Source: Planctomycetaceae bacterium (lineage in GTDB: Bacteria > Planctomycetota > Planctomycetia > Pirellulales > UBA1268). Taken from it: a DNA stretch of 64,000 bases. Shown here piece by piece: positions 14,871-26,373 of this stretch; within the stretch, counting starts at the first letter, position 1, and each line of letters starts with the position of its first letter. The position numbers were made by a program, and so were the translations under genes. Below the pieces are notes generated by a model, which saw nothing but the letters and a program-made list of their open reading frames with translations, had not been told where the DNA came from and did no database searches. The DNA lies in assembly GCA_947453375.1 (NCBI GenBank), contig CANGGT010000001.1, positions 11,381 through 75,380 of the forward strand. The letters run 5' to 3'.

Positions 14871-16054
14871 AGATCCTGCTCGTCAACGACTACGGCGTGC
14901 CGGTGGGGGGCGCCGAGAACATCGTCCTCTCGCTCCGCGACGAACTGCGCCGCCGCGGGCACGAAGCTCGGTTGTTCGCCTCGACGGCGGCTATCGCCGG
15001 GCTCCCGAATCTCGCCGACACCACCTGCCACGGCACGACCGGCCCCCTGCGAACTCCCCTCCAGAGCGCCAACCCCTGGGCCGAGCGGGCCCTGGAGCGG
15101 ATCCTCGCCGACTTTCGCCCCGACGTCGTCCACGTCAATCTCTACCTCACGCAACTCTCGCCGCTGATCCTCCGCGCGCTCCACGGAACGCCGAGTGTCT
15201 ACTACGCGCAGTGGTACCGGGCGGTCTGCCCCCTCGGCACCCGCCGCCGCCCTGATGGAAAGTCCTGCGAGGCCAACGTCGGCGCCGCCTGCCTGCGGTC
15301 AGGATGCCTGTCGGCGCAGGCCTGGCCGTTCTTCATGTTCCAAGCGCACTGTGATCGGGCCTGGGGCGGAGTCTTCCACCGCGTTACGGCGATCAGCCAG
15401 GCCGTGGCGGAGAGCCTCGATACCTACGGCGCGCCCCACCTCCATGGCGCGACGGTCGTTCCCCCCGGCACCGCCGTGGTCGAGCCGCGGCAGGATTTCG
15501 CGGCTCTTCCCGGAATCGTCGCCGCCGGCCGGCTCGTGCCGGAGAAGGGGTTTGACGTTCTCCTGCGGGCCTTTCGGATCGTTGCCGCGCGGATCCCGCA
15601 GGCCCGGCTCGAGATCGTCGGCGACGGGCCGGAGGCAGCGCCTCTGGGCAGGCTCGCCGCCACCCTCGGCGTGGCCGACAAGGTGTCGTTCCCCGGCCAC
15701 CTCTCCCATGCCGACACGTTGATCCGGATGCGCGGGGCCTGGGTGACCTGCGTGCCGAGCGTGTGGGCCGAGCCGTTCGGCATGACGGCGGCCGAGGCGC
15801 AGATGCAGGGGGTGCCGGTGGTGGCCAGCCGCACCGGTGGACTGGGCGAGATTGTCCGTGACGGCATCACCGGTCGGGTCGTGGAGCCGGGCGACATCGA
15901 CGGCCTCGCGGCAGCCCTCCTCGGGATGCTCGCCGACCGGGAGACGGTCGCCTCGATGGGACGGGCGGCCCACGCCGACGCCCGGGAACGTTTCGACCTC
16001 CCCGGCTTCGCGGCCCGCTTCGAAGCGATCTACCGGGAGGTCGCCGCCAAATAG
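14867..16054 (+). CDS. GT4-family glycosyltransferase
   Basis: 395-aa track ORF. N-terminus MKILLVNDYGVPVGGAENIV. C-terminal block EPFGMTAAEAQMQGVPVVASRTGGLGEIV is typical of GT4/GT-B enzymes. Confidence 0.9.
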   Translation: MKILLVNDYGVPVGGAENIVLSLRDELRRRGHEARLFASTAAIAGLPNLADTTCHGTTGPLRTPLQSANPWAERALERILADFRPDVVHVNLYLTQLSPLILRALHGTPSVYYAQWYRAVCPLGTRRRPDGKSCEANVGAACLRSGCLSAQAWPFFMFQAHCDRAWGGVFHRVTAISQAVAESLDTYGAPHLHGATVVPPGTAVVEPRQDFAALPGIVAAGRLVPEKGFDVLLRAFRIVAARIPQARLEIVGDGPEAAPLGRLAATLGVADKVSFPGHLSHADTLIRMRGAWVTCVPSVWAEPFGMTAAEAQMQGVPVVASRTGGLGEIVRDGITGRVVEPGDIDGLAAALLGMLADRETVASMGRAAHADARERFDLPGFAARFEAIYREVAAK

Positions 16055-16896
16055 TCGGCGATCCCCTGCCGCCAATCGGGGAGGGTGATCCCGCGGCCCG
16101 CGAGCTTCGCGGTGTCGAGGATGCTGTAGGGGGGCCGGGCGACGGGGCTTGGATACTCCGCCGAGGTGATCGCCGTCACCACCGTCGGCAGCCCCGCCTG
16201 CTGAAAAAGCTCCGTGGCGAACTCGTGCCAGCAGGTGCCGCCGGCGTTCGTGGCGTGGAACGTCCCCGGCGTACCGTCTTCGAGCAACGCCACGATCGCC
16301 GCGGCAACGTGCGGCACGTAGCTCGGCGTGCAGAACTGATCGGCGACGACGCGCACTTCCGGCCGATCGCGGGCCAGGACGAGCATGGTGTCGGCGAAGT
16401 TCCGCCCGCGGACCGGCCCCGAATCCCCCGCCGAGTAGAGGCCGCAGGTGCGCACCACCTGATGCCGCTCCCAAGCCCTTGCCGCCACCTCGCCGGCGAG
16501 TTTGCTCGCACCGTATTCGCCGAGCGGGCCGGTAGCGTCGTCTTCGCCATAGGGGGACTTCCGCGCCGCATCGGCGCCGAAGACGTAGTCGCTGCTGACC
16601 TGAACGAGGAGGGCGTCGACGTCGCGGCAGGCCTCGGCGAGGGCTGCGACGGCATGGACGTTGGCGGCCCGGCAGGCAGCCGGCTCGGTCTCGGCCTTGT
16701 CGACGGCGGTCCAGGCCGCGCAGTTGATCACGGCGCGCGGACGGAGGCGGCCGATGACGGCGCGGACCGCCGCTGGATCGGCGATGTCGAGGCTGCTCCT
16801 AGGCAGCGCCGCGGCGTTGGGCCCGAGCAGGCGACACAGCGTCCTCCCCAGTTGGCCAGATGACCCGGTAACCGCGATCGTGCCCGTCGTCGACAT
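16030..16896 (-). CDS. rmlD: dTDP-4-dehydrorhamnose reductase
   Basis: 288-aa track ORF. It has the Rossmann motif VTGSSGQLG, the catalytic YGASK (YxxxK) and RmlD-like length. Confidence 0.9.
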   Translation of the reverse strand: MSTTGTIAVTGSSGQLGRTLCRLLGPNAAALPRSSLDIADPAAVRAVIGRLRPRAVINCAAWTAVDKAETEPAACRAANVHAVAALAEACRDVDALLVQVSSDYVFGADAARKSPYGEDDATGPLGEYGASKLAGEVAARAWERHQVVRTCGLYSAGDSGPVRGRNFADTMLVLARDRPEVRVVADQFCTPSYVPHVAAAIVALLEDGTPGTFHATNAGGTCWHEFATELFQQAGLPTVVTAITSAEYPSPVARPPYSILDTAKLAGRGITLPDWRQGIADYLAATSR

Positions 16897-17881
16897 GCGC
16901 TCTTTCCTCTGCCAATTCCTCGCCGGCGATCTGCACGAGGTAGCGGCCGTAGTCGTTGTTCATTTTCCGGCCGGCAGCCTCGAGGCCCTCCCGCGACAGC
17001 CAGCCCATCCGATAGCCGATCTCCTCCAGACAGGCGATCTTCAATCCCTGACGCTCCTGGATCGTCTGTACGAAGCCGGAGGCCTGCATGAGCGAATCGG
17101 GGGTGCCGGTGTCGAGCCAGGCAAAGCCGCGGCCGAGCGTCTCGACCCGCAGCGTCTTCTCTTCGAGGTAGAGGCGGTTGAGATCGGTGATCTCGAGCTC
17201 GCCCCGCGGGCTCGGCGCGAGCGCCGCGGCGAGGTCGCAGACCCGCGCATCGTAGAAATAGAGACCCGGCACGGCGTGATGGCTCTTCGGCTCCTTCGGC
17301 TTCTCCTCGAGCGACACCGCCCGCCCCGAAGCGTCGAACTCGACGACGCCGAACCGCTCCGGATCGCGGACGGGGTAGGCGAAGATCGTCGCCCCGTCGT
17401 CTCGGTCGGCCGCGCGGCGGAGGACGTCCTGGAAGCCGTGGCCGTAGAAGATGTTGTCGCCGAGGACGAGCGCGGCACGGGCTCCACCGAGGAACTCACG
17501 ACCGATGACGAACGCCTGGGCGAGCCCCTCCGGCCGCGGCTGCTCGGCGTAGGAGAGCGCCACGCCGAACGCGCTGCCGTCGCCGAGGAGGCGTTGGAAG
17601 TGGGGAAGGTCGTGCGGCGTCGAGATGAGGAGGATGTCGCGGATCCCGGCCAGCATCAGCGCCGAGAGCGGATAGTAGACCATCGGCTTGTCGTAGATCG
17701 GCAGGAGCTGCTTCGAGATCGCCAGCGTCATCGGGTTGAGCCGCGTCCCCGCTCCGCCGGCCAGCACGATCCCCTTCAGCGGACTGAGCGGCGGTTGGCT
17801 CGGCGGGCCGCCTGCGGATGACGGCTCGGTGCCGGCAAGGATGAGGCCGTGGTTCGACGCTGTGCCGCGCGGGGGGGACAT
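16799..17881 (-). CDS. rmlA: Glucose-1-phosphate thymidylyltransferase
   Basis: Lies inside track ORF 16799..18679(-); start set at ATG 17881. Motifs: [45 protein letters not shown]. The 3' end overlaps the rmlD start by 98 nt. The ~35-aa N-terminal leader is uncertain. Confidence 0.88.
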   Translation of the reverse strand: MSPPRGTASNHGLILAGTEPSSAGGPPSQPPLSPLKGIVLAGGAGTRLNPMTLAISKQLLPIYDKPMVYYPLSALMLAGIRDILLISTPHDLPHFQRLLGDGSAFGVALSYAEQPRPEGLAQAFVIGREFLGGARAALVLGDNIFYGHGFQDVLRRAADRDDGATIFAYPVRDPERFGVVEFDASGRAVSLEEKPKEPKSHHAVPGLYFYDARVCDLAAALAPSPRGELEITDLNRLYLEEKTLRVETLGRGFAWLDTGTPDSLMQASGFVQTIQERQGLKIACLEEIGYRMGWLSREGLEAAGRKMNNDYGRYLVQIAGEELAEERAHVDDGHDRGYRVIWPTGEDAVSPARAQRRGAA

Positions 17882-17937
17882 GGTGCAACCCTGGATGGGG
17901 AGGGAACGGGAGAGAGCCTCGAGGTCGGTCGGTAAGG

Positions 17938-18465
17938 TCAGGCACTCGCCCGGTGGGGAATGCCGCCGTCGATGCGGAACGGGGAGTTCTCGTCGCACTC
18001 GTGACGGATCTCGTCGACCTTCTCCTTCTTCCCCTGGCCGGCGTAGAGTCGGTTGGGGCCGTTGAATACCCAGCCCGGGATGGAGCTGGTGTTGCGGTAG
18101 GCGTGGACGACACCCGGCGGGATCGTCACGGCACAGGGATTCGACTGCCCGCAGATCGTGCGCGTGTGGAGGCCGTAGCTCGGCGACCCTTCGCGGGCGT
18201 CCCAGAGCAGCAGCTCGAAGTCGCCGGGGCCGATGAAGGCGAAGTAGTCGGTCTGATCGACATGCTCGTGCGGCCCGCGGGCCACGCCCGGCTGCGTCTG
18301 GCTCACGTAAGCCATCACCGGATGGAGTGCGGAGTCGAGGTCGTCCTCGCGGTAGATCTCCACGAGCCAGCCACGGGAGTCGGCGTGGCGGTTGAGCGCC
18401 TTGAAGGTGACGTCGGCGATCGCCGCGGGATCGGCGGAGGTGGTGCGGACGGAGAACGACGGCAT
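17938..18465 (-). CDS. rmlC: dTDP-4-dehydrorhamnose 3,5-epimerase-like cupin
   Basis: Track ORF 17938..18633(-), with start moved to ATG 18465. It has [11 protein letters not shown] and later HEH/cupin-like blocks, is 175 aa, and sits directly upstream of rmlA. Confidence 0.72.
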   Translation of the reverse strand: MPSFSVRTTSADPAAIADVTFKALNRHADSRGWLVEIYREDDLDSALHPVMAYVSQTQPGVARGPHEHVDQTDYFAFIGPGDFELLLWDAREGSPSYGLHTRTICGQSNPCAVTIPPGVVHAYRNTSSIPGWVFNGPNRLYAGQGKKEKVDEIRHECDENSPFRIDGGIPHRASA

Positions 18466-18734
18466 GCGATGTCTCGAATGGTTGGGGAAGAGGCCGGCGT
18501 GCCATCTCGAACAGGCCGGCGCGGCGTCGGGAATAGTCGATGCGGCCCACCGAAGCCAGAGCGGTTTCCGGCAGGAGCGGCCGGTGTGGTGACGGTGGGG
18601 GAGTGGCGAATCGGGGATGGCTGGGCAGGGCAAGAACCGGCCCCGGAGCCAATCGCGAAAAAGCTGGTCTGGAGCGCACCTGGCATTTCCGCCGATACAG
18701 GCGTCAGAAACGGACCATCCTCCGGCCTCCGCCC

Positions 18735-19916
18735 ATGTTCAACCGGCATCACACCTCGAGCGTCCGGCACCGTCACCGCCGCGGTGATCCTGGTTCACCG
18801 ACAGGGTCACCGCCCCGGATCTTCCTGGCGCGCGACTGGATCCATTTCCACGACGACGAGGCTCCTTCCGCGCCGCTGCGCCGCACCACGATTGGCCTTT
18901 TCCAGGAGGCCCGACCGCCGGCGCTCGGCACGATCGCTCCGGTACCGGACGGGGAGCCGCGGCCGACGTTCTCGGTGATGCTGCCAACCTACGAGCCGGA
19001 CCATCGCCTCGGTCGATCGCTCGAGGCGGTGCTCGCCCAGGCGCCCGGCCCGGAGGCGATGCAGATCGCCGTCGTCGATGACGGCTCGCGGCAGGTCGAT
19101 GTCCGGGCGCTCGTGCGCTCGTTCGATCCCGGCGGCCGCGTCGAGGTTCACCTCAATCAGCGCCGCGCCGGGCTCGCCGGCAATTGGAACCGTTGCCTGT
19201 CGCTCGCCCGGGGGAGGTTCGTCCATCTCCTCCACCAGGACGACCACGTCCTCCCCGGGTTCTACGACCGCCTCGAGCGCGGCTTCCGCACCGACCCGGG
19301 CATCGGGATGGCGTTTTGCCGCAGCCGAATCGTCGACGGCAACGATCGGCTCATCAAAACCGCGTCACGGCAGCAGTGGACCGCCGGCGTGCTCGCCGGA
19401 TGGCTGCCGAGGATCGCCGAGCGGCAGCGGGTGCAGACACCGGCCGCCGTGGTCGCCCGCAGCGTCTACGAGCAACTCGGGGGCTTTCGCACCGATCTGT
19501 GCCACGCGCTCGACTGGGAGATGTGGGTGCGGATCGCCGCCGCTGCCCCGGTGTGGTACGACCCGCGCGTCCTCGCCGTTTACCGTCGGCACCGGGGCAA
19601 CGAATCGCATCGCCTCCTCACGAGCGGGGCGGTGTGGCCCGACCTCCTCCAGGCGATCGAACTCAACGCCAGCCTCCTTCCGGCGGTCGATCGGGAACGG
19701 GTCAGGGAGCGGAGCGCGCGGTGGTATGCCGGCTCGGCCCTGAGGACGGTGGAGAAACAACTGGCGCGGGGCGACCTCGACGCCGCCGGTCGGACGCTCG
19801 ACCATCTCCCGGAGATGCTCCGCCTCCTCCCTGGCGGCGGCGACCGCAGCGCCCCGCTCCGCCGCGTCGGCAGACTCCAGGATCGACTGCGCACGGCCCG
19901 CCGACGGGCGGCCTGA
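18735..19916 (+). CDS. GT2-family glycosyltransferase
   Basis: Track ORF 18540..19916. Motifs: FSVMLPTYEPD, VVDDGS, HQDD, fitting a GT-A fold. The start is uncertain; ATG 18735 was chosen, and the first ~80 aa have poor coding character. Confidence 0.75.
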   Translation: MFNRHHTSSVRHRHRRGDPGSPTGSPPRIFLARDWIHFHDDEAPSAPLRRTTIGLFQEARPPALGTIAPVPDGEPRPTFSVMLPTYEPDHRLGRSLEAVLAQAPGPEAMQIAVVDDGSRQVDVRALVRSFDPGGRVEVHLNQRRAGLAGNWNRCLSLARGRFVHLLHQDDHVLPGFYDRLERGFRTDPGIGMAFCRSRIVDGNDRLIKTASRQQWTAGVLAGWLPRIAERQRVQTPAAVVARSVYEQLGGFRTDLCHALDWEMWVRIAAAAPVWYDPRVLAVYRRHRGNESHRLLTSGAVWPDLLQAIELNASLLPAVDRERVRERSARWYAGSALRTVEKQLARGDLDAAGRTLDHLPEMLRLLPGGGDRSAPLRRVGRLQDRLRTARRRAA

Positions 19917-19964
19917 TTTTCCCCTCTCCGTGCCGGCCCACCGCCCACCGCGAGCACGCCTGCC

Positions 19965-20849
19965 ATGCGCCGTGCGATCATCCTCGCGCACCACGATCCC
20001 GACGGGATCGTCGATCCGCATGTCGTTCACGCCCTCCGTGCCTACCGTGCGCTCGCGGCGCGGCTGGTGCTCGTCTCGACGTCGGTGGGCCGGCTCCCCG
20101 ACAACCTCGCGGGCACCGTCGACGCGTTCCTGCCGCGCGAGAACGTCGGCTACGACTTCGGCAGTTGGCAGGCCGGCCTTCGCACGCTCTCCCCGTCGGG
20201 TGATTTCGACGCGCCGGGCTTCGACGAGGTGGTGTGCCTCAATGACAGCGTTTATGGACCGCTGTTCGACGCGACGCCGATGTTCGCCGATCCCCGCGTC
20301 GGCGACGCCGATCTGTGGGGAATGGTGATCTCGAGGCAGCCCCCCCGCCACGGCGGTGGACTGCCACGGCCCCACCTCCAGTCGTGGTTCCTCGCTGCCC
20401 GACGAGCGTTGCTCGCGTCGTCGTGCTGGAGCGATTTTTGGAGCGGCGTCGTTCCCCAGCCGACGAAGGACGACGTCATCAGCCGCTACGAGGTCGGGCT
20501 ATCGGAGCGGGTCATGGCTGCCGGCTTCCGGATCGCCGCCCTCTACGACGCCGGCAGGGCACCGCACCCTGGGTGGCGCGACCTCCTGGCCGATCTCTCC
20601 CCGCTGCGGCCTTTTGCCTCCTGGCGGCTCCTGAGGAGAATTCGCCGGCCGTTCCACAACCCCGCCGAACTCCTCCCCCGTCGGCTGCTCGCCGCCGGGG
20701 TTCCCTACGCCAAGGTGTCGCTCCTCCGGGTCAATCACTACCGGCTCGCGCCGGAGGCGATCCGCGCGGCGATCCGGGGGACGGCGACGGGCTACGACCC
20801 GGGCCTCGTGGAACGCCACCAATCGCGGATCGCACGCCGGGACACCTGA
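19965..20849 (+). CDS. Rhamnan-synthesis protein F (RgpF)-like glycosyltransferase
   Basis: 294-aa track ORF. Family-typical blocks are ILAHHDPDGIVDPHV, VLVSTS, GYDFGSW, NDSVYGPLF, DLWG and HLQSWF. Confidence 0.75.
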   Translation: MRRAIILAHHDPDGIVDPHVVHALRAYRALAARLVLVSTSVGRLPDNLAGTVDAFLPRENVGYDFGSWQAGLRTLSPSGDFDAPGFDEVVCLNDSVYGPLFDATPMFADPRVGDADLWGMVISRQPPRHGGGLPRPHLQSWFLAARRALLASSCWSDFWSGVVPQPTKDDVISRYEVGLSERVMAAGFRIAALYDAGRAPHPGWRDLLADLSPLRPFASWRLLRRIRRPFHNPAELLPRRLLAAGVPYAKVSLLRVNHYRLAPEAIRAAIRGTATGYDPGLVERHQSRIARRDT

Positions 20850-20978
20850 CCTGCCACCGCCGAAATCCCCGCGGCCGTGGCGGGAACGGCGATCGATTGG
20901 AAAGACCGGCGCGGTGTGCGATAGTGTCGGCTCGCCGGGCAGCGATCGCCCCCGGCCCCCTTGCGAAGGAAGACCGGC

Positions 20979-22172
20979 ATGAAGATCCACGAATACCAGG
21001 CCAAGGAACTCCTCCGGGCCGCCGGCGTGCCGGTGCTCGCAGGCAAAGTGGCCCGCACCCCCGACGAAGCCGCCGCCGCGTTTGCCTCCCTCGGCACGCC
21101 GATCTGCGCCGTGAAGGCCCAGATCCATGCCGGTGGCCGCGGCAAGGGAATGGTGAAGGGCTCGACGCAGCGCGGCGTGGAACTGGCCAAGAGCGCCGAT
21201 GACGCCGCTCGGATCGCCAAGGGCCTCCTCGATCAGACCCTCGTCACGATCCAAACCGGCCCCGAAGGACAGGTCGTCCGCCAGGTGTTCGTGGAGAGCG
21301 GGTGCGCGATCGAGCGTGAGCTCTACTGCGCGATCCTCGTCGACCGGCAGGCCGGGTCGCCGGTTCTGATCGCCAGCACCGCCGGCGGCATGGACATCGA
21401 GGAAGTGGCGCACAAGACCCCGGAACTGATCATCACCGAGCCGTTCGACCCTGACCGCGGCCTCTCCGCTTGGCAGACGCGCGTCCTGTCGGCCCGCCTC
21501 GGGCTCCCGGCAGCGAGTTGGAGGGCCGCGGAGCAGTTCTTCAAGGCGCTTACGAAGGCGTTCGTGAACCTCGATGCCTCGCTCCTCGAGATCAATCCGC
21601 TCGTCCTCACGAAGGACGGGACGATGGTCGCCCTCGACGCGAAGATGACGTTCGACGACAACGCGCTGTTCCGCCACAAGGACGTTCTCGCTCTCCGCGA
21701 CGAGAGCGAGGAGGAGCCGGCCGAGACGCGGGCCGCCGCAGCCGGGCTCTCCTATGTGAAGCTCAATGGCACGATCGGATGCCTCGTCAACGGCGCCGGC
21801 CTCGCCATGAGCACGATGGACCTCGTCAAATACCATGGCGGGGAACCGGCCAACTTCCTCGATGTCGGCGGTGGCGCGGACGTCAAGCAGGTCACCGAGG
21901 CGTTCCGGATCATCCTCTCCGACAAGAACGTCAAGGCGATCCTCGTCAACATCTTCGGCGGCATCATGCGTTGCACGACGATCGCCAACGCCCTCATCGA
22001 AGCCTCGAAGACCGTCGGCTTCACCGTCCCCCTCGTCGTCCGCCTCGAGGGGACCGAGGTCGAGGAAGGAAAGACGATCCTCGCCAACAGCGGCACGACG
22101 ATCATCACCGCCGACGGCCTCACCGACGCCGCCAAGAAGGTCGTCGCCGCCTCCAAGGGGCTCAAGGCCTGA
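20979..22172 (+). CDS. sucC: Succinyl-CoA synthetase beta subunit
   Basis: [13 protein letters not shown]-terminus, then [12 protein letters not shown]. Start set at ATG 20979 within track ORF 20961..22172. Confidence 0.95.
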   Translation: MKIHEYQAKELLRAAGVPVLAGKVARTPDEAAAAFASLGTPICAVKAQIHAGGRGKGMVKGSTQRGVELAKSADDAARIAKGLLDQTLVTIQTGPEGQVVRQVFVESGCAIERELYCAILVDRQAGSPVLIASTAGGMDIEEVAHKTPELIITEPFDPDRGLSAWQTRVLSARLGLPAASWRAAEQFFKALTKAFVNLDASLLEINPLVLTKDGTMVALDAKMTFDDNALFRHKDVLALRDESEEEPAETRAAAAGLSYVKLNGTIGCLVNGAGLAMSTMDLVKYHGGEPANFLDVGGGADVKQVTEAFRIILSDKNVKAILVNIFGGIMRCTTIANALIEASKTVGFTVPLVVRLEGTEVEEGKTILANSGTTIITADGLTDAAKKVVAASKGLKA

Positions 22173-22254
22173 TCGCCCGACGTCCGCCGCTCGTTGCTCC
22201 GTTCCAAGCCGAAATCCACTTCTCCCTCAACGCCTCCGGGGCCATCGCACCACC

Positions 22255-23141
<887 letters not shown>

Positions 23142-23142
<1 letters not shown>

Positions 23143-23858
23143 TGGACGTCGACCTCTTCATTCCCTGCTTCGTCGATCAGATGAACCCGCGGGTGGGAAT
23201 GGCCGTGGCCACGGTCCTCGAGCGCCTCGGCCATTCCGTCAACTTCCGCCCCGCCCAGACGTGCTGTGGCCAGCCGAGCTTCAACTCCGGCTACTGGGAC
23301 GAGGCCCGCACGGTCGCCATCCGGGCGCTCGATGTCTTCGAGGGGGCAGGCGCCGTCGTCGGCCCGAGTGGCTCCTGCGTGGCGATGATGCGCGTTTTCT
23401 ACCCGGAGCTCCTCGCCGGCACCCCGCACGAGCAACGTGCGCTCGATCTCGCCTCACGGACGTTCGAGTTCGGCGAGTTCCTCGTCGACCGCCTCGGTGT
23501 CACCGATGTCGGGGCCCGCTTCCCCCACCGCGTGACCTACCACGACGGCTGCCACGGCCTCCGTGAGCTGCGAATCAAAGCAGCGCCGCGAAAGCTCCTC
23601 GCAGCCGTCGGTGGGCTCGAGTTGGTCGAGTGCGACGAGCCGGAGAGTTGCTGTGGCTTCGGCGGGCTTTTCAGTGTGAAATTCCCGATGATCTCCACGG
23701 CGATGGCGGAGGTGAAGGCCGGGTCACTCGCCAGGACAGAGTGCGACTGGATCGTGTCGAGCGATCCGAGTTGCCAGCTCCAGATCGACGGCTGGCTCTC
23801 CCGCCAGGGGAAGAAGCCCCGCACGATCCATCTGGCCGAGGTGCTCGCCTCGACCTGA
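23142..23858 (+). CDS. lutA: L-lactate utilisation protein A (CCG-domain Fe-S oxidoreductase)
   Basis: 238-aa track ORF with two CCG motifs (QTCCGQPSFN, ESCCGFGG). The start overlaps the sucD stop (TAATG). Confidence 0.85.
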
Positions 23859-23870
23859 GCCCTTCGCGGA

Positions 23871-24824
23871 TCATGAAGCGGCAGACCGATGCCGCGATCC
23901 GACCAGCGCTTCCCAGGCGAATCCGGCCGCATTCGCTCCCTGCCAGATCCCGAAAGCCGCGAGGATCGCGAGGGTCCTGCCTGCGACGCGCGGATCGCCG
24001 CGCAGCGCCCGCAGCCGAGGCAGGATCGAGGCGTGGAAGCCGATGTCCTGGCGAATGCCTCCCGAACCACGTTCTTTTCTGCGACGATGATGGAGATAAG
24101 CCCCTCGTCCGTAACGGAAATGGAGGTCGGCGAACTTCCGCAGAGACTGGGCGTGGCGGTGTTCGATCCGCGCCGCCGGTTCCCAGACGAGCGGCCATCC
24201 TGCCATCTTCCACCGATCGCAGAAATCGCGGTCTTCGGCCCCGGCGCGGGGGAAGGTGACGTCGAAGCCGCCGAGGGCCTCGAAGCGCTGGCGCGTGCAG
24301 AGAATGTTGTTGCTGGTCAGGAACGTGGCCCGGGAGGGATCGGCGTTGAAGTGGTCGTAGACGAGGTCGACGATCAGTTGACTCGTGCTGGCGAACAATT
24401 CTCCGTTGAGCCCGTTGATCGTCGTGCCCCCGACCATCGCCCCAGGGGTGAGGGCCTCGCGGCGGAGGAGGGCGACGAGCCAGCCGGGCTCGGGCAGGCA
24501 GTCGTCGTCGGTGAAGGCGATGAATTGGCCCCGCGCGACGGCGACGCCGCGGTTACGGGCCCGGGCGGGCCCGGCATTCGCCTGACGCTCGAAGCGGAGA
24601 TCGAGCCGACCGCGAAACGCCTCGGCGATCGAGTCGAGCGGCTCCGGACTCCCGTCGTCGACGACCACCACCTCCCAGGGCGCCTCGCAGCGTTGCGCCG
24701 CCAGAGCCGTCAGGCAGGCAGCGAGTTGCCTCGGCCTGGAGTAGGTGGGGATGACGACGGTGAGGAGCGGAAGCGTCAACGGAGAACCTGGCACAGCTGG
24801 ATCGACTTGCTTCCCGGGTTTCAC
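23871..24824 (-). CDS. GT2-family glycosyltransferase
   Basis: 317-aa track ORF (GTG start; a later GTG or TTG is possible). Motifs: LLTVVIPTYSRP, VVVVDDGS, FTDDDC. Confidence 0.85.
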   Translation of the reverse strand: MKPGKQVDPAVPGSPLTLPLLTVVIPTYSRPRQLAACLTALAAQRCEAPWEVVVVDDGSPEPLDSIAEAFRGRLDLRFERQANAGPARARNRGVAVARGQFIAFTDDDCLPEPGWLVALLRREALTPGAMVGGTTINGLNGELFASTSQLIVDLVYDHFNADPSRATFLTSNNILCTRQRFEALGGFDVTFPRAGAEDRDFCDRWKMAGWPLVWEPAARIEHRHAQSLRKFADLHFRYGRGAYLHHRRRKERGSGGIRQDIGFHASILPRLRALRGDPRVAGRTLAILAAFGIWQGANAAGFAWEALVGSRHRSAAS

Positions 24825-24982
24825 GCCCGCGGGGCTCGCATACTGCCACTTGCCGAAGCGGCACCATGGTCAAGCAACGGGGCGATCGCCGCGGCAGTGT
24901 CGGCCAGGGCCCTGCCACTCAGTATCACAGGCCGACGAGCCCCGGGGCCCCCACCACTCGTGGGGGCGAAGGGCCGCTCGTC

Positions 24983-26362
24983 TTATTTCTTCGGCGCCGG
25001 CTTGAAGGGGTTGGCAGGCCCGGGGGGCGGTTTCGGCGTCTCGTTGGCACGCCCTGGCACCTCGACGGGAGGAGTCGGAGGAGGAGGCGTTGTCGGCTCA
25101 GGCGCCGGGACGGGCGGCTGACCGGCCGGCAGACCGGGCTGCTGCGGCACGCCTGGCTGCTGCGGCGCGGCGGGAGGCACGAGGGCCGCGGGCTGGCCGG
25201 GCTGCTTCGGGACGCCGGGGGGCGTTCCCGGTCCAGGCGCGGGTACGGCGGGGAACGTTTGCCCCGGCTGCGCCGGCTGACCAGGCGGGACGGTCGCAGC
25301 AGGGGGCGCCGTCACGCCAGGCTGGACCGGCACCGGCGGGGGAACCGGGGCGCCCGAAGGGACGACGCCCGGCACTTGCTGTTCGGGGACGCCGGCGGCA
25401 GGGTCGGTCAGGGCGGGACGCGCCGCGGGGGGCGTCACCCCCGGTCCGAGACCACCCGGCGGTGGATAGGGAAGCCCTTCCACCGGTCCGAGTTTCCCGT
25501 TTCGCTGCAGGCGCTGCACCTCCATCTTCGTAACCGTCCGTACCGTCACCCAGGGCCCGAGGGCGTACCGTTCGCGGAGCCCGATGTCGCGGGTCTTGTT
25601 CGTGTTGATGTCGTTGCTCCGCAGACACCAGGTGAAGGAGCCGTTGTCGTCGGCGTCGAGGTACTTCTCCCCCTCGTCCCACTGCTGGTTCCAGTTGACG
25701 TCGGCGTACACCTCGCTCCACTGCGGCAGTTCGATCTTCTCGAGCACCGGCTGCGACGGATCGACCGGGGCCGGCGGCGGTGCGGCCTTGGCGGAATCTT
25801 CCTTTTCGGCCCGGAAGCCCGGCTCCCCGTCCAGCATGATGCCCCGCTCCTCGCTCGACATCGACGGGGCACAGTGGCCGACCAGATCGATGATCCCTTG
25901 GCCGAGATCCCAGCCGAGCTTCGTGTGGTCGAAGGCCATCGACTCGGGGAGCGGTGCCATCGCGAGGATCACCTGAAGCGTGCCGGCGATGACGAGCCCG
26001 GCCAGCGCGCCGACGACGCCCCCACCGACCAGATCGACCAGCGGCGGATAGTTCGTCGCCCCCTCCTGGATCGCCCCCCCGACCGCCAGCCGGATGACGA
26101 TTGCCACGATCGCTACGCTCGTCACGAAGGCGATCGTCTGCCGCCAGATCATCGCGAACTCGTTGGTCATCCCGGCCCACATCAGCAACCCGTCGACATG
26201 GTCGGTGATCGCGAACGCGGCCACGACCGAGGCGAGGGCCTGGAGGCCCCAGACGGTGGCCAAGAACAGCCCGTAGCGCGAGCCGAGCCAGGCGATCAGG
26301 GCCACGATCAGGAGGGTGATCAGCCCCGCAGACTGTTGGAGGATCGAATCGGCGAACAGCAT
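24983..26362 (-). CDS. CvpA-like multi-pass membrane protein with an extended Pro-rich C-terminal tail
   Basis: Real start is ATG 26362 inside track ORF 24983..26686(-). The N-terminal ~140 aa have four hydrophobic spans resembling CvpA. The C-terminal ~160 aa are P/G/Q/V-rich (PGVPQQPGLPAGQPPVPAPEPTTPPPP). It lies 11 nt downstream of the GspE-like gene. Confidence 0.65.
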   Translation of the reverse strand: MLFADSILQQSAGLITLLIVALIAWLGSRYGLFLATVWGLQALASVVAAFAITDHVDGLLMWAGMTNEFAMIWRQTIAFVTSVAIVAIVIRLAVGGAIQEGATNYPPLVDLVGGGVVGALAGLVIAGTLQVILAMAPLPESMAFDHTKLGWDLGQGIIDLVGHCAPSMSSEERGIMLDGEPGFRAEKEDSAKAAPPPAPVDPSQPVLEKIELPQWSEVYADVNWNQQWDEGEKYLDADDNGSFTWCLRSNDINTNKTRDIGLRERYALGPWVTVRTVTKMEVQRLQRNGKLGPVEGLPYPPPGGLGPGVTPPAARPALTDPAAGVPEQQVPGVVPSGAPVPPPVPVQPGVTAPPAATVPPGQPAQPGQTFPAVPAPGPGTPPGVPKQPGQPAALVPPAAPQQPGVPQQPGLPAGQPPVPAPEPTTPPPPTPPVEVPGRANETPKPPPGPANPFKPAPKK

Positions 26363-26373
26363 CGGTATTCCCG

